DNA of 62,960 nt, the filler included, from Licmophora abbreviata (Eukaryota), in NCBI GenBank assembly GCA_900291995.1. It is 11 parts of 11 records of this genome, joined end to end, with 100 filler letters (N's around TTAATTAATTAA, not from the genome) between each part and the next. Parts side by side here need not be neighbours in the genome. Positions count along the whole stretch, not along the records: positions 28,912 to 36,714 come from OLMU01002386.1; positions 36,815 to 50,312 come from OLMU01002387.1; 9 more parts are not named here. The stretch is one strand, 5' to 3'. Below the pieces are notes generated by a model. The model was not told where the DNA came from, searched no databases, and saw only the letters and a program-made list of their open reading frames with translations. The translations under genes and the position numbers were made by a program. Below, in pieces: positions 34,274-45,333 of this stretch. Position 1 is the first letter of the stretch; each line of letters starts with the position of its first letter.

Positions 34274-35452
34274 ATGAACAAAGCAGCAGCCTCACGCAGC
34301 ATTGTTGCACTCGTGGACAGCCACGGCGTGTCCCCAAATAATGCTGAGGAAGGAGTCGTCATCAGTCACCATTTGAAAGGTTCTTCAATCGTCTCATTGA
34401 AACATCCTGGAACGGGCGACGACCATCATTTCCTACAGGTCCCATCAAAGAGTGACGACAAGAACTCTGTGGCTTCAGACCTACTAGAAATCCAGTCGGT
34501 CGCTCGTCCCAAAGATTACGGAAGTTTCTTTGTTGGATCTCGTGTCATTTCGAATGGTTCCTTGCACGTTGCTACCCGCATTGATCCTCTATATCTTGCA
34601 CTGGGCTACTTGACCAGTCAAGACAGTTCCCCACAACAACAACAACAAGGACGCTGGGAACCCATGGACCAGTTTCTCCACGTCTTACCGAAGGCTCTTC
34701 AGGATGCCACTCCTACACTTCAGTGGAAACATGTCTGTTCTACGAACGCTGAATTCGGCGACGACATGGTCTTGTACAGGTTTAGCAGTGACAAGACGCT
34801 TGCATGGTTGCAACAAAAGCAGACGCAGACCCAATCTGCCCTCGAGGCACAGCTCGTACGACGCAAGCAAGAAGAAATACATTCCAAGGCGGCGCAAAAG
34901 AAGCAGTCGTTGACGAGTAACAATGGTGCGTTTCACGGAAACTTTCAATTGGCCGAAGAAGAAGAAGAAAAGAAGGAGGAATATGATTGCGAAGCGTCCA
35001 TCAGCAAGGGCACTCCTACTCCGTCCACAACAACCCTCACACCCCAAGAATGCGCCATTGCCAAATCAGATTCACTTCAGATTATCTGCGAGTACTTGTC
35101 GCCTCCTTGGAGAACGAAACTTCTCGAGTCCTTGAATCTCCCCGACGACACCCTGTTGTCGGAACAAGAGCGTCGTCGTAGTCAAGACACTTCCAACAGC
35201 AATCATAAACGACCCCGCGCCACGTGGGAGTCAATCAATCCCGGTCAAGACGACGCCGACGACTTGATACACTTTACCATGGGCACCGGCGGCGGCGGTG
35301 ATGTCCGTGGAATTGTTGTTTCAGCAGAAAAGGAAAAACAAGCTAGGCTCCATGCGCAGTCGGCAGGCGTTAAGCGGCTAGCCAAAGTCAGCACCAAGGG
35401 TATGAAGAGTCTTTCGAGCTTCTTTGGAGCTTCTACTAAAAAGAAGGAATAG
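34274..35452 (+). CDS. RNASEH2B: Ribonuclease H2 subunit B
   Basis: LKHPGTG, SFFVGSRVISNGSLHVATRIDPLYL, YRFSSDKTLAWL, C-terminal PIP box KGMKSLSSFF. Confidence 0.9.
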   Translation: MNKAAASRSIVALVDSHGVSPNNAEEGVVISHHLKGSSIVSLKHPGTGDDHHFLQVPSKSDDKNSVASDLLEIQSVARPKDYGSFFVGSRVISNGSLHVATRIDPLYLALGYLTSQDSSPQQQQQGRWEPMDQFLHVLPKALQDATPTLQWKHVCSTNAEFGDDMVLYRFSSDKTLAWLQQKQTQTQSALEAQLVRRKQEEIHSKAAQKKQSLTSNNGAFHGNFQLAEEEEEKKEEYDCEASISKGTPTPSTTTLTPQECAIAKSDSLQIICEYLSPPWRTKLLESLNLPDDTLLSEQERRRSQDTSNSNHKRPRATWESINPGQDDADDLIHFTMGTGGGGDVRGIVVSAEKEKQARLHAQSAGVKRLAKVSTKGMKSLSSFFGASTKKKE

Positions 35453-35571
35453 TGATGCGTTGTTGTCTGCATGTGTGTGTATGTTGAAACTTCATCTACC
35501 AAGTACAAATCAGGGTTTTTTCTGTTTCTATACACATTCGCCTTAATACTACTGTTTCTAAAGTGCTACTT

Positions 35572-36377
35572 CTAGTGATGATGATGACTGCATCCATCTC
35601 CATGTTTGTGCGATGCCTTGTGCGAATAGTAATTCGACGACAACAGCATGGCACAGCCCAAGACATTCGTGCTACGATGCATCCATGTTCCACAGTGCAG
35701 CGCATGTGCAAGGTCGTGCGGCAGGATGCGAGACACGCCGCCGCCGTTGGCCATGTAAATGAGGACCAGTCCCATCGCTGCGGGCAGACTCAAGAGTTTC
35801 CTCTTGTGGGAAGAGTAATTCAAGACGGCGGCGGTGCCGCCGACTGGAAGAATAGAAGAGTAATACAGAACGGATGAGTTGGAGTTTCGAATCCCACAGT
35901 GTAAAAAAGAGCAGAGACTGGCTACACCGAAGCTCGTCATTTCATCTTACCTGGAATGACAAAGTACATGGCGATCTGGTGTCCTAGTTCGTGGAGCCAC
36001 TCCATCTGGGCGGGGGTAAAGGCCACCATGCCCAAGAGGGGCATAACGACGGTGACAATGGGCAGGACCGTACAGTCAATGACACAGAGAATCGACGCAA
36101 GATTGGACAACTTGAGGAGACGATCTTTCCACGGAATAGCATCACTGCTGCTTGATTCTGGTTCCGTAGAGGAAGCAGACAAGACAGGCAGTACGAAGGG
36201 CTTCGCCGTTTTGGAACGAAAGAGTGGCGACGTGAATGCAGATATCTTCATAATGCCGTCCTTGTCCATGATTTTCGCACTGGCTGGTGTAATGCCCACT
36301 CCAAAGGAATACGAAGAAGAAAGCAAGCAAGCAAGAATGGTGGCGCACAACGCAAAAGGACGACGCATATCCTTCAT
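35572..36377 (-). CDS. MerC-family membrane protein, predicted plastid-targeted, His-rich tail; intron 35950-35844
   Basis: ASILCVIDCTVLP Cys pair, about four TM segments, NYSSHK, terminal HKHGDGCSHHHH; signal peptide ending SYS-F. Confidence 0.75.
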
Positions 36378-36547
36378 ATCTTGGTGACTGTCACGAGATG
36401 AAATCGTTTTTGTGAGAGGAGAGGAGGGGATCAAGGAAAAAAAGACCACCCATGAAGACGAGTCGAATGAGTCGTATCGAATGAATCAATCATCTCGAGT
36501 GAGTCGAGTCAATCCTGTCTTCAGTCACTAAACTAATCGAACACGAG

Positions 36548-36555
36548 TGACGTCA
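36548..36555. promoter_or_regulatory. Palindromic CRE/bZIP site TGACGTCA in the MerC-like/HPPD-like divergent promoter
   Basis: Exact 8-bp palindrome in the intergenic region; function is inferred only. Confidence 0.3.
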
Positions 36556-36814
36556 TATCATCCCCGAAGTCAAACCGCGGAACGAATTCGAGAGCGACGA
36601 CGGAGATGACGAGAAGCTTGATGTCACCGCGATGATGGTCGAGGTGTCACGATTGATGCGTTCCAACACTACTACTGCTTCTGTACTTGATTCATTCCTT
36701 ACAACCATGATATTNNNNNNNNNNNNNNNNNNNNNNNNNNNNNNNNNNNNNNNNNNNNTTAATTAATTAANNNNNNNNNNNNNNNNNNNNNNNNNNNNNN
36801 NNNNNNNNNNNNNN

Positions 36815-39226
36815 CCCCCCAACAGGAGAAATAATCACGAAGAGTCGCGAATGAACAAGGAGAAATTGACAATGGAGGCGGAAAATACCGACGAATTCTT
36901 GACTGCTGAAATCAAAGTTTCCTTTTCCCACGTTCACTTGTATGTGGACCACGTTGAGGATTTGACTGTGTATGCACAACTAGAAGATCACCTGAATGCC
37001 TTTGCGGACTCTTCTGTCGATCCCGATGAGACTAAGCAAGCTGCCCGTGAGCGATGGCGATCCTTGATGGCTGATCTCTGTCTGGACAATGACACTGTCT
37101 TTCGTTCCGACGGCCGGGATATTGTCAAACAGCTCCTTGCGGGCTTTGGATTTCGTGTGACTGCTTCACGTATGCCGTCATTGTCGACCTCTTCTTCTAT
37201 TTAACACCACCAAGACTGTGCTTGTGACTTCGAACGATCCAGAAGGCGTTCAGTTTGTTGTCTCGGCCGTAGTGAGAGAGTCGTCGTCGTCGTCGATGGA
37301 GCCATTCGATGGTGATGACTTTTTTCCCTTTTTTGACGCTCGCACTATTCATCGATTCTACAAGGCCCACAAGGATCGTCAGGGGATTGCTGTGCTAGCC
37401 TTTCGTGTCAACTCGGTCGCTGCCATTGAACATCGATACCGACTCCGCCATCCGAAACTCATACTACACAATCAGTCCTTTGACGACGGAGCGACCAAGG
37501 TTTTGGAAGTCTATGCCTATTATCAGGGCGACAGTAGTATCGAATCTGAAGTCGACCAGGGCACGGTCCTTCGTTTTGTGCAGTCGAATCAGAGATGTTT
37601 TGTCTTGCCGGGTCTGACGCCACGGGAAGCGCGCTTCGAACAACACACGCAATCAGCCTACTGTGATCACTGGGTATCCAACGGTACGTCCATGCTTTTT
37701 AGCTAGTATCTATCTTTGTATTGAGTGGTCTGTGTATGTCAGCACAACTCTCACTTGTCACTCATCATCTCATCAACGGTTCAGTTGTTTGCCGAACGGG
37801 ATTTCTTCGCACTCTCCATGACACATTGGGCTTCACTCCCAAGGTCGATTTCAACGCCGGCGTCGTGGCCGCTGGTGAGGCCCAGATTGAGTCCACCGTC
37901 ACGGGCAATCAAGCAGACCTTCTAACTGCCGACAAGAATCAAGCACTGGCGGATCAGAGTCAGGTATATCTTCCGATCAACAATGCACTCTCGGAAGTCG
38001 GACATGTCCATGGATTCTTGCGTGAAATTGGACAGGGCATTCAACACGTGGCATCGAGAGTGGATGACTTGATTCGCTTTGTGCAACGAGCGAACGAGCG
38101 GAGGGAGATTACGGGTGAGGTATGTGTTGTAATAATAAAGTGTGTGAGTCGTCGTCGGAATGTTGTGTGTGCGTCGGGAATCGTGCTCTTACCTTCTACG
38201 GCCATCGTGTAAAAGGGATTCACCTTTCTCAATATCCCACGAAGCTACTACGGAACACTGTCGATTCCTTATTTGATGAAAGAGATGGACAATGAGCCGC
38301 TGGGGATATCTTTCGAGTGCGCCGAAGCGATAGTAAAGGCTTGTGAGAAGGGAGGGATTGTAACGCTGGATGGAGCTGTTCGGTTGGACCTTTCTCGACA
38401 TGAGATTGTTGCGATGCTCGAATCCAACATGGACGTTGTCCATATGAAAGAGTATCGTCGGAGAAAGGGTGCGGTGCTAGATCGAATCCTTCGTTCTCGT
38501 TACGTCAATTTGTACGAACTATTGGGCCATCATTTGTCGGAAGAGTCTTATCTCGGGCTGGTCCGCAATAAAATTCTTGTCGATGTTCAGGTACGATTGT
38601 GAATAGTAGTGTGAAAGCGCGAACTTTCACGAAACGACTCTAACGGTGCTTTTGTCTCTCGGACGCTGTGCATGTAGGCGGACGATTTGTTGTATCAGAT
38701 ATTCACGTGCAACGTCCTTCAGCGACACAGCGGAGAAGAGGCCCCATTTCTCGAGTTCATCCAGCGCGTCTGTTCTGAGCACAAGGACAACTCAGGGTGT
38801 CCCGTCAAGCTGAAACCAGGATGTGGTGGCTTTGGAGTCCGAAACTTCTTGACGCTGTTCCTCAGCATCGAGGTCAGCAAGGCAATGATGGAGGCGAAGA
38901 CCGCAGAAGATGAAAGGTGCCGCACCTACGCGCAAGAAATGGTGGAGTGCTTCACGAATCAGCTCGACGAGTCAAATCCGATCCTCACTGAAATCTCGGA
39001 AGCCATGACCCAAGAAGGACGATGCAGAGACAAGTTGAGCGTCACCAGGAGTGCTGACGAAGCGGCTGTGTTAGAAGAGAGTTTGAACAATGCGACAAAA
39101 GCGAAAACTATGGCAAACGAGAAACTTCTCGAATGCAGCACCAAGTACAAACGACGCATGCGCTCTATCAGGGAGAGTTCGTCCGCTTCTATTGGAGAGT
39201 CAGCTCGTGCGCGAATCATACGGTAG
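36815..39226 (+). CDS. HPPD: 4-hydroxyphenylpyruvate dioxygenase-like (VOC superfamily); 4 exons, apparent frameshift at 37200-37202; start may be ATG 36707 before the gap
   Basis: FSHVHLYV, QGIAVLAFRV; Fe ligands in DHWVSN, GIQHVA and FLEFIQR; PINNA, IPRSYY, ILVD..LYQIFT, GCGGFGVRNFLTLFLSIE. Confidence 0.82.
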
Positions 39227-39305
39227 AGTAGTGGGATAATATCCTCTGAGTCCTCTCTACGAGCCGATACTTACAACTGGACTTACTTGGGTGATAAAGT
39301 CGACA

Positions 39306-42134
39306 TTATAGTCTCATGGTGAGCAGATTTTCGTAGTGCAAAGGGGCGACTTTCTTAAGAGTGTCCAGCACTTCGCGCTTCTGCCCTAGTCTGAGTTCAC
39401 AGCACCTTCGATACACGTCTTCCACTCTTCTATGACGTGTCTCTGAATCGTTCTCATTAAGACAACTAAGCAGGGCGAGCTTTCCAGTTAGAGAGGTAAT
39501 AGGTCCCACCTTGCTCGACGGCTGGGTAACTTCATTCCACAGCTCAAGAGCGAATCCCAACGATTCTGCGTCGCCCACCGAATTGAAACACCGCAGAACG
39601 TCATTGACAATATGATAGTTTGCGATATGAGGTGAGTTGACTGTGATATATCGGTAAACGGCTGCCGCTCGTTTCGATTTATCGGAAATATCGCTCTTCG
39701 AAAGTGCCTTCAATACACCAGAATATGTGCGATCTGTTGGCCAACAGGCGGGGTCCTTAGACGTCTGCATTTCCTCGAGCAACTCGAACATTCGTTCGAT
39801 ACACTTGTGATGTCTGGTGGCGCCCAGTGCGTTGATCACACAGCCGTAGGTGACACTGTTTGGTTTACAATCCGTGTCTCCGTCACGACTAAGAGACTTC
39901 ATCCGATTGAGAAATGCTTCGCATCGAACCGCAGTCTGTGGATCTCCTTGTCTTGTGAATGCACTTAGAAAAGCATTGAACGCACTGGTTGTGAGTTTCA
40001 TATCACCGTCTCCGTGTTGGTGACGATCCAGCATGTATCGAAAAATGGACACTGCTCTATCGGCTGCGTTTTCCTCGTTGCTCCTCGCCCAGGCTGACAA
40101 AACGGCGCCATACGCAACACTGCCGGGCTTCATTGCCGTATTTCCCTCTTGAAAGGAAGTTTCCATGAATTTCAGGATTCTCTCTGCCTCCTTTGGCTGA
40201 GCAGCTCGAGCGTACGTGTTTAATAGTGTCGTGTACTGTGGGGTGGAAGCAACGCAAGAATGAATGACAAGCTCTACCGCTTTCACGATGGAATCCCGCT
40301 CCTCATAACTCACCATGAAGCTGGTGCTTGGGTCCAGCATCTCTTCACCATTCGCTGCCTTTTCGCGCATTTTCTTCATAATGGCCTCCGCTCTCGCAGG
40401 CGCTTTCTTCCTCCCACTTCGCGCCCATGTAGTGATGAGGGCAGAGTACGCATGCCGAGTCGGTGGGACTCCCTGCTCTTCCATTAGGTTCATCACGTGC
40501 CAAGCTCGTTCCGGAGCGTCAACTTCGTTGCTGTTTGCAATAGCATCGAGAACAGAAGCGTACGTAACTGCATTCGGCTTCAACTCCCTTCTTCCGCCAT
40601 TTGACAGTTCGACCATACGCTGCAAGATAGCCTCCGCACGCTTTGCAGATCCTTTCAACTTACTCTTTGCCCAGCAGTCAATAGTTGTGCTGAATGACAC
40701 CACATTAGGGCTCATGTTTAGCATGCCCGATTCATGCAAATCCTGCATTCTTTGCAGAATCACTTCAGCACGATGCGGCGCAATGTCGTCGCCAGACCTC
40801 GCCCATGCGTGAATCACTGAATTGAAGCTCCGCCGATCCGGACGAAGGTTTTCGTTTCCGGTACTCTCCGCCATGTTATACAATTTCTGTAGCATAGCTT
40901 CCGCTTGTCTAGCTGCTACACCACTTCCGGCTTTCGACAGACCATCCAGAATTGAGTTGTACACCACTCGATCGGGTCGCATCTCTGGATCCTTCGTCGC
41001 GGTACCTTGCCGAAAAAGACGCTGTAGCAACGCTTCGGCCTTGTCCAACTTTCCTTCACGGGCGTAGGCAGCAATCGAAATATTATAACTGAGTTTGTTG
41101 GGATGCTCCATCTGTTCCAGAAATGCCTCTGCCCGTGATGCGTCACCACTCTTTGCAACGGCATTCAGAACTGCATTCTCAAGAGCGACATCTAGTACGA
41201 TTCCATTTTGTATTGCTTGTCGCAAGAGCTCCTCTGCGCGGTCTCCTGCTTCGGGAGTCCCACTGTTAGCGTATGCAGTGATCGCCTCCGTGTAGAGACG
41301 TCCCGAAGATTCCATATTGTCCGCCTCTTCAATACGCTTCATGATTGTTCCGGCCTTGTCTCCTCCCTCAGCCCCGCCGTGGTGACAATAGATGTACAAG
41401 GCGTCAGTATAGATCCCAAGCGACGGTTGTAGTTCCAAACGACCGCTATCCACCTGTTCATGAAAGTAGTCCAGCATCGTGTCGACGACCTTTACGGCAT
41501 AGACCTTGTCATCTCGCAAGGAAGCTGTTCTTAGAATAGTCCGACACATGTTCGTCGGAAGGGGTGGGACTACATCGACGAAGTCTCGAAAGCAGCGATC
41601 CGCAAGTTGTCGACCTGAAAAATGCACTGACGGAGTCTTGCACCATGCTCGGCACGCCAGCTTGATGGCGTGTCGGGTCCTGGCAATCAGCCGACTACTA
41701 CTGGCCATAGTGTTGACATCCGTTCTCGCCAAAAGAACTCGTAGTTCCTCCACCATTCGATCCAAGAGAGACCAGGATTTCTCCACTCCCTCGTCCGTGG
41801 ACGTTTGGGACCACAATCGCACTGCCGTCAAGGCTTCGTCCCAGTCGGTTGCTGTCATATGACCGACGGGTATTTCCAAACACTTGCGGTCGGCCGGGAC
41901 GGGTCTCCACTTTTTCTTCTCTGCCTCTCGACGTGATGGTTTTCGTTTCCTTGTTCGTTGCGCGATGCTAGTTTGGGTATTGCTAGACAACCACGGCGAT
42001 ACCCCTGTAGATTGTGCCCTGGGTGAGTGATTCTTGTCGCCAAGATCCTCTTGGGTCCGGATGTTGGAGGATGATGATGTTATTCGCTCTAATGACAGTA
42101 GTACCGCGGAGGTCGATGCAAGGGATCGTGTCAT
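39306..42134 (-). CDS. Pentatricopeptide repeat protein (organellar RNA-binding); in-frame intron 40313-40236
   Basis: More than 12 repeats of the type P[ND]xxS[YF]NxxIxA[WY]A[KR]SG..AExILxRM. Likely ATG at 42134. Confidence 0.92.
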   Translation of the reverse strand: MTRSLASTSAVLLSLERITSSSSNIRTQEDLGDKNHSPRAQSTGVSPWLSSNTQTSIAQRTRKRKPSRREAEKKKWRPVPADRKCLEIPVGHMTATDWDEALTAVRLWSQTSTDEGVEKSWSLLDRMVEELRVLLARTDVNTMASSSRLIARTRHAIKLACRAWCKTPSVHFSGRQLADRCFRDFVDVVPPLPTNMCRTILRTASLRDDKVYAVKVVDTMLDYFHEQVDSGRLELQPSLGIYTDALYIYCHHGGAEGGDKAGTIMKRIEEADNMESSGRLYTEAITAYANSGTPEAGDRAEELLRQAIQNGIVLDVALENAVLNAVAKSGDASRAEAFLEQMEHPNKLSYNISIAAYAREGKLDKAEALLQRLFRQGTATKDPEMRPDRVVYNSILDGLSKAGSGVAARQAEAMLQKLYNMAESTGNENLRPDRRSFNSVIHAWARSGDDIAPHRAEVILQRMQDLHESGMLNMSPNVVSFSTTIDCWAKSKLKGSAKRAEAILQRMVELSNGGRRELKPNAVTYASVLDAIANSNEVDAPERAWHVMNLMEEQGVPPTRHAYSALITTWARSGRKKAPARAEAIMKKMREKAANGEEMLDPSTSFMVSYEERDSIVKAVELVIHSCVASTPQYTTLLNTYARAAQPKEAERILKFMETSFQEGNTAMKPGSVAYGAVLSAWARSNEENAADRAVSIFRYMLDRHQHGDGDMKLTTSAFNAFLSAFTRQGDPQTAVRCEAFLNRMKSLSRDGDTDCKPNSVTYGCVINALGATRHHKCIERMFELLEEMQTSKDPACWPTDRTYSGVLKALSKSDISDKSKRAAAVYRYITVNSPHIANYHIVNDVLRCFNSVGDAESLGFALELWNEVTQPSSKVGPITSLTGKLALLSCLNENDSETRHRRVEDVYRRCCELRLGQKREVLDTLKKVAPLHYENLLTMRL

Positions 42135-42918
42135 ACAAGAGGAGTAGTCTGTAGGTGCAGCAAGTATACCGCAATGCAGCGACCGTTCGTTTCTTATTCT
42201 CCGGTCCCGAGGAGTAGAATTGACACACGGAGGATTGCTAGGAGAATAGTATATCGGTCCCGCGCGGCTGCGACAACAACACGGTGATGTCGCCTTGGGA
42301 TCGTCCAACCAGCTCGAATCATGATGATCTAAAGACGTTCAAGAGTAAGATTTCTTATTTGGACATGCAAGATTCAATGGTGGTTCAGAATAGATCAAAC
42401 GAGTAACGATAAGTGCCGATACTCTCGTCCTATCTGGTCGAATGTCATGATGATGACTCGCACTCTATTTTCTAGTTTTGAGATGCGGCTGTGGTTGACG
42501 CGCGTAGCCCATCTTCAGACCGCGCGCGTGAGATTTTGGATGCCATGGGACACGACGGCCAGACTTCTGACGGACCGCGGATCCTTCGCGCGCTAAAACG
42601 GGTTTCGTTGCGCCGAATGTGGGAATGATGTGCGTTTGCAGCGATGACCTGTGTGTGACGACTAAACTTGGAACTTTGCGTTCTTGCCGCTGCTTTGTGT
42701 CTCACAACGAACGTTCAAAGGAGGTCATATCAACTTGCGACAGGTTCATTCGACTAGAGTACTGTTAGTTCTATACTTGCGCGCGCAAGTTCGACGAAAA
42801 AGACACACATCATCAGAACGCGATAGATTTTTCTCAGGTGAAATTGCAAATCTGACGGGAGCACCCATCTCGAAATCAAAAATAACACAGCAGTCATTTC
42901 CTAACACACGAATGCATC

Positions 42919-45021
42919 ATGAGCAGCAGCGATGGTCCATCCTCTCCCGCCGCGGAGGCGCCACTGTCTCCGCAGGTCTCCTCCGAGGATGCTACTTCTT
43001 ATAGTACTGCCTCGGCTGATCCCGAGATTGCCATGGTGGAAGTCTCTGGCCTTTTGGCCAAACCCTGGGAGAGCAAACCGACGGAAGAAGAACTGCCTGC
43101 CAATGTATGCCGACTCGAGCAGCTCGAGGATCTCCCGAAAGAGTGTCTGACGGGGGACCCAGTCTTTCCACTCCAGCACATTGATGAGGATGGCAATCGC
43201 CACCGCTATCACATTTCACCCATGTTTTATTCCGTGATTTACATTTTGCTCGTCGAACTCTTGGAACGATTCTCATTCTACGGCTTGACCTTTACGCAGA
43301 CGCTCTATTTGACGGGCGCATACGATCGAAACTGGAATGCGGGCATGACGAGTGTGTCGGCCAGCTCGGTTGTCAGTATTTCGGTTGCGATTGCCTATAC
43401 TTCGCCCTTTATTGGGGCATTCTTGGCCGATCAAGTACTCGGAGAGTATTCCAGTATTCTCTTTGGAGCTACCGGATTCTATCTCCCTGGACTTATACTG
43501 ATTGCCTTGACAAGCGTCCCGAAACTCCTGGGACCGACCTTTAACGTGACGGCACTCAGCGCCGGACTTTTGTTCTTGTGGCCCGTCGGAACTGGCATTG
43601 TCAAGAGCCTGGTCAACATCTTTGGTGCCAAGCAGTTCCATCCCCTCTTGCAGAGTTCACTCATTGAAAGCTATTACGTCTACTTTTACATGTGCATCAA
43701 CATTGGAGCCTTCGCGGGGATCATCCTCATCCCGGTCATTGCGCAGTCCAATGTCACTGTGGCGTATTGGGTCCCGCCCTGCATGTTGTTTGTCGGAGTG
43801 TCACTCTTTGTACGAGGAACGTCCCGCTATGTGCGAACGAAACCGAAACACCCCTTTTGGGCTGCGGGGAAGAAAGTCAAGAAGAAAAAGGTCCAATCGC
43901 TGCAAAAGACTTCGATGGTCGGGTTGAGCTCCATCTTTAGGATTTGCTGTTTGATCGTTCCCTTTTCCATTGTCTACTCGCAAATGGCGACTACATTCAT
44001 TGTGCAGGGGACCGTCATGAAGCGTGCCTATGGATTCATTGATGCTGCCAGCATGAACTGTTTCGACACAATATCGGTTCTTGGCAATGGCTATTTTATT
44101 GGAGGTTTCCTGTATCCCACTCTTGCCAAGCGCAATATCAAGGTCCCCACGACCTACAAGTTTGCAATCGGTAGTGGCTTCGCGGCACTGGCCACGGCAT
44201 GGGCGCTCATCGTCGAGCACAAAGTGCACTCGCATTACGATACGTTCGGGGAACCAATCAGTGTTCTGTGGCAGATCCCGTCGTACGCGCTTGTTGGGGT
44301 CGGAGAGATCTTCGCCGTTTCGTCGGCCTATGAAGTAGCCTTCACGGCCGCCCCACCGAACAAGAAGGGGATATCAAGTGCGCTCAACTTATTTTGCATC
44401 GGTGGTATCCCTAATATTCTGTGTATTGGTTTGTACCATGTTGGTGCAAGGTGGTTTACGAACTCCAAAGGCACGACCAACATCTCCGAGATTGAAGACT
44501 ACGTGACGGCCAACGTGTCATACTACTTTGTTGTTCTCCTTGCCATTTGCTTTTTTGGTATCGGAATCAATCTCCTCCCCTCCGTCCGAGACTGGGTCGA
44601 GTCCATAGAGGAAGACGCGGCGGATGCCATCAAGACACCGTCGACGACACCGCGGCCGACACCTCGCCAGCGACGAGCGCAAGATGAACCCCACCTGGAC
44701 GAATCGGCGGCACTGCTCGGTGTCAAGCGACACCAGAACTACATGAAGGAAGGCAGTCAGCCGAGTTTGTACAAGCAAGGGTCCTTCCGAGCGGGCGTCG
44801 TTCTAAAGATGGCACAGGAACAGCAGAAAAAGAAGAAGCCCCCGCGGTACGTTAAGTATGGCCACGGTCTTACGCTGTACAAGAAAACGGGCGACGCTTT
44901 GGAGAAGGTGGTGCGGCGGGACTTGGATGCCTCGACGGAGCTGGGGGTTCGAGCCCTGGAGCAAGCTTTGGAAGGAAAGGGAGATCTGAACGATCCACAG
45001 CTCAGTTCGAAGACAACATGA
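42919..45021 (+). CDS. Proton-dependent oligopeptide / NPF (PTR2) transporter
   Basis: ELLERFSFYG (ExxER motif), FIGAFLADQVLG, GTGIVK, FGAKQF, YFYMCINIGA, WQIPSY..GEIF..YE.AF..AP. Confidence 0.93.
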   Translation: MSSSDGPSSPAAEAPLSPQVSSEDATSYSTASADPEIAMVEVSGLLAKPWESKPTEEELPANVCRLEQLEDLPKECLTGDPVFPLQHIDEDGNRHRYHISPMFYSVIYILLVELLERFSFYGLTFTQTLYLTGAYDRNWNAGMTSVSASSVVSISVAIAYTSPFIGAFLADQVLGEYSSILFGATGFYLPGLILIALTSVPKLLGPTFNVTALSAGLLFLWPVGTGIVKSLVNIFGAKQFHPLLQSSLIESYYVYFYMCINIGAFAGIILIPVIAQSNVTVAYWVPPCMLFVGVSLFVRGTSRYVRTKPKHPFWAAGKKVKKKKVQSLQKTSMVGLSSIFRICCLIVPFSIVYSQMATTFIVQGTVMKRAYGFIDAASMNCFDTISVLGNGYFIGGFLYPTLAKRNIKVPTTYKFAIGSGFAALATAWALIVEHKVHSHYDTFGEPISVLWQIPSYALVGVGEIFAVSSAYEVAFTAAPPNKKGISSALNLFCIGGIPNILCIGLYHVGARWFTNSKGTTNISEIEDYVTANVSYYFVVLLAICFFGIGINLLPSVRDWVESIEEDAADAIKTPSTTPRPTPRQRRAQDEPHLDESAALLGVKRHQNYMKEGSQPSLYKQGSFRAGVVLKMAQEQQKKKKPPRYVKYGHGLTLYKKTGDALEKVVRRDLDASTELGVRALEQALEGKGDLNDPQLSSKTT

Positions 45022-45333
45022 CAAGCAAACCCACTATAGACCAAACTTTATATGTAGAATGCGATCATCAAAGGGAATGGGTGTGCGACTTGGAGATATT
45101 GCTGTAATTCTCTGCACTAGACAAACTAGTACTTACTCGAGTAGCTAATAGACGGTTCTGGCTACGATTGCAACTCGAGCTCCTGGGTTGTTTTACTTGG
45201 ATTTCGAGATTGCCCTCGCACCCACGCCGTATTTTTGTCACGATGACAAGGCAGCTGCCGTCGCTCTTACTTCTACTCACTTGGCTCGACAGCGACACTG
45301 GGGTGTCATCTTTGGTCCAGTTTCTGGTACAGA

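Noticed and set aside
42321..42485. Two ATGATGA (box C-like) motifs upstream of the PPR gene
   Set aside because: No properly spaced CTGA box D or terminal stem; snoRNA not supported.
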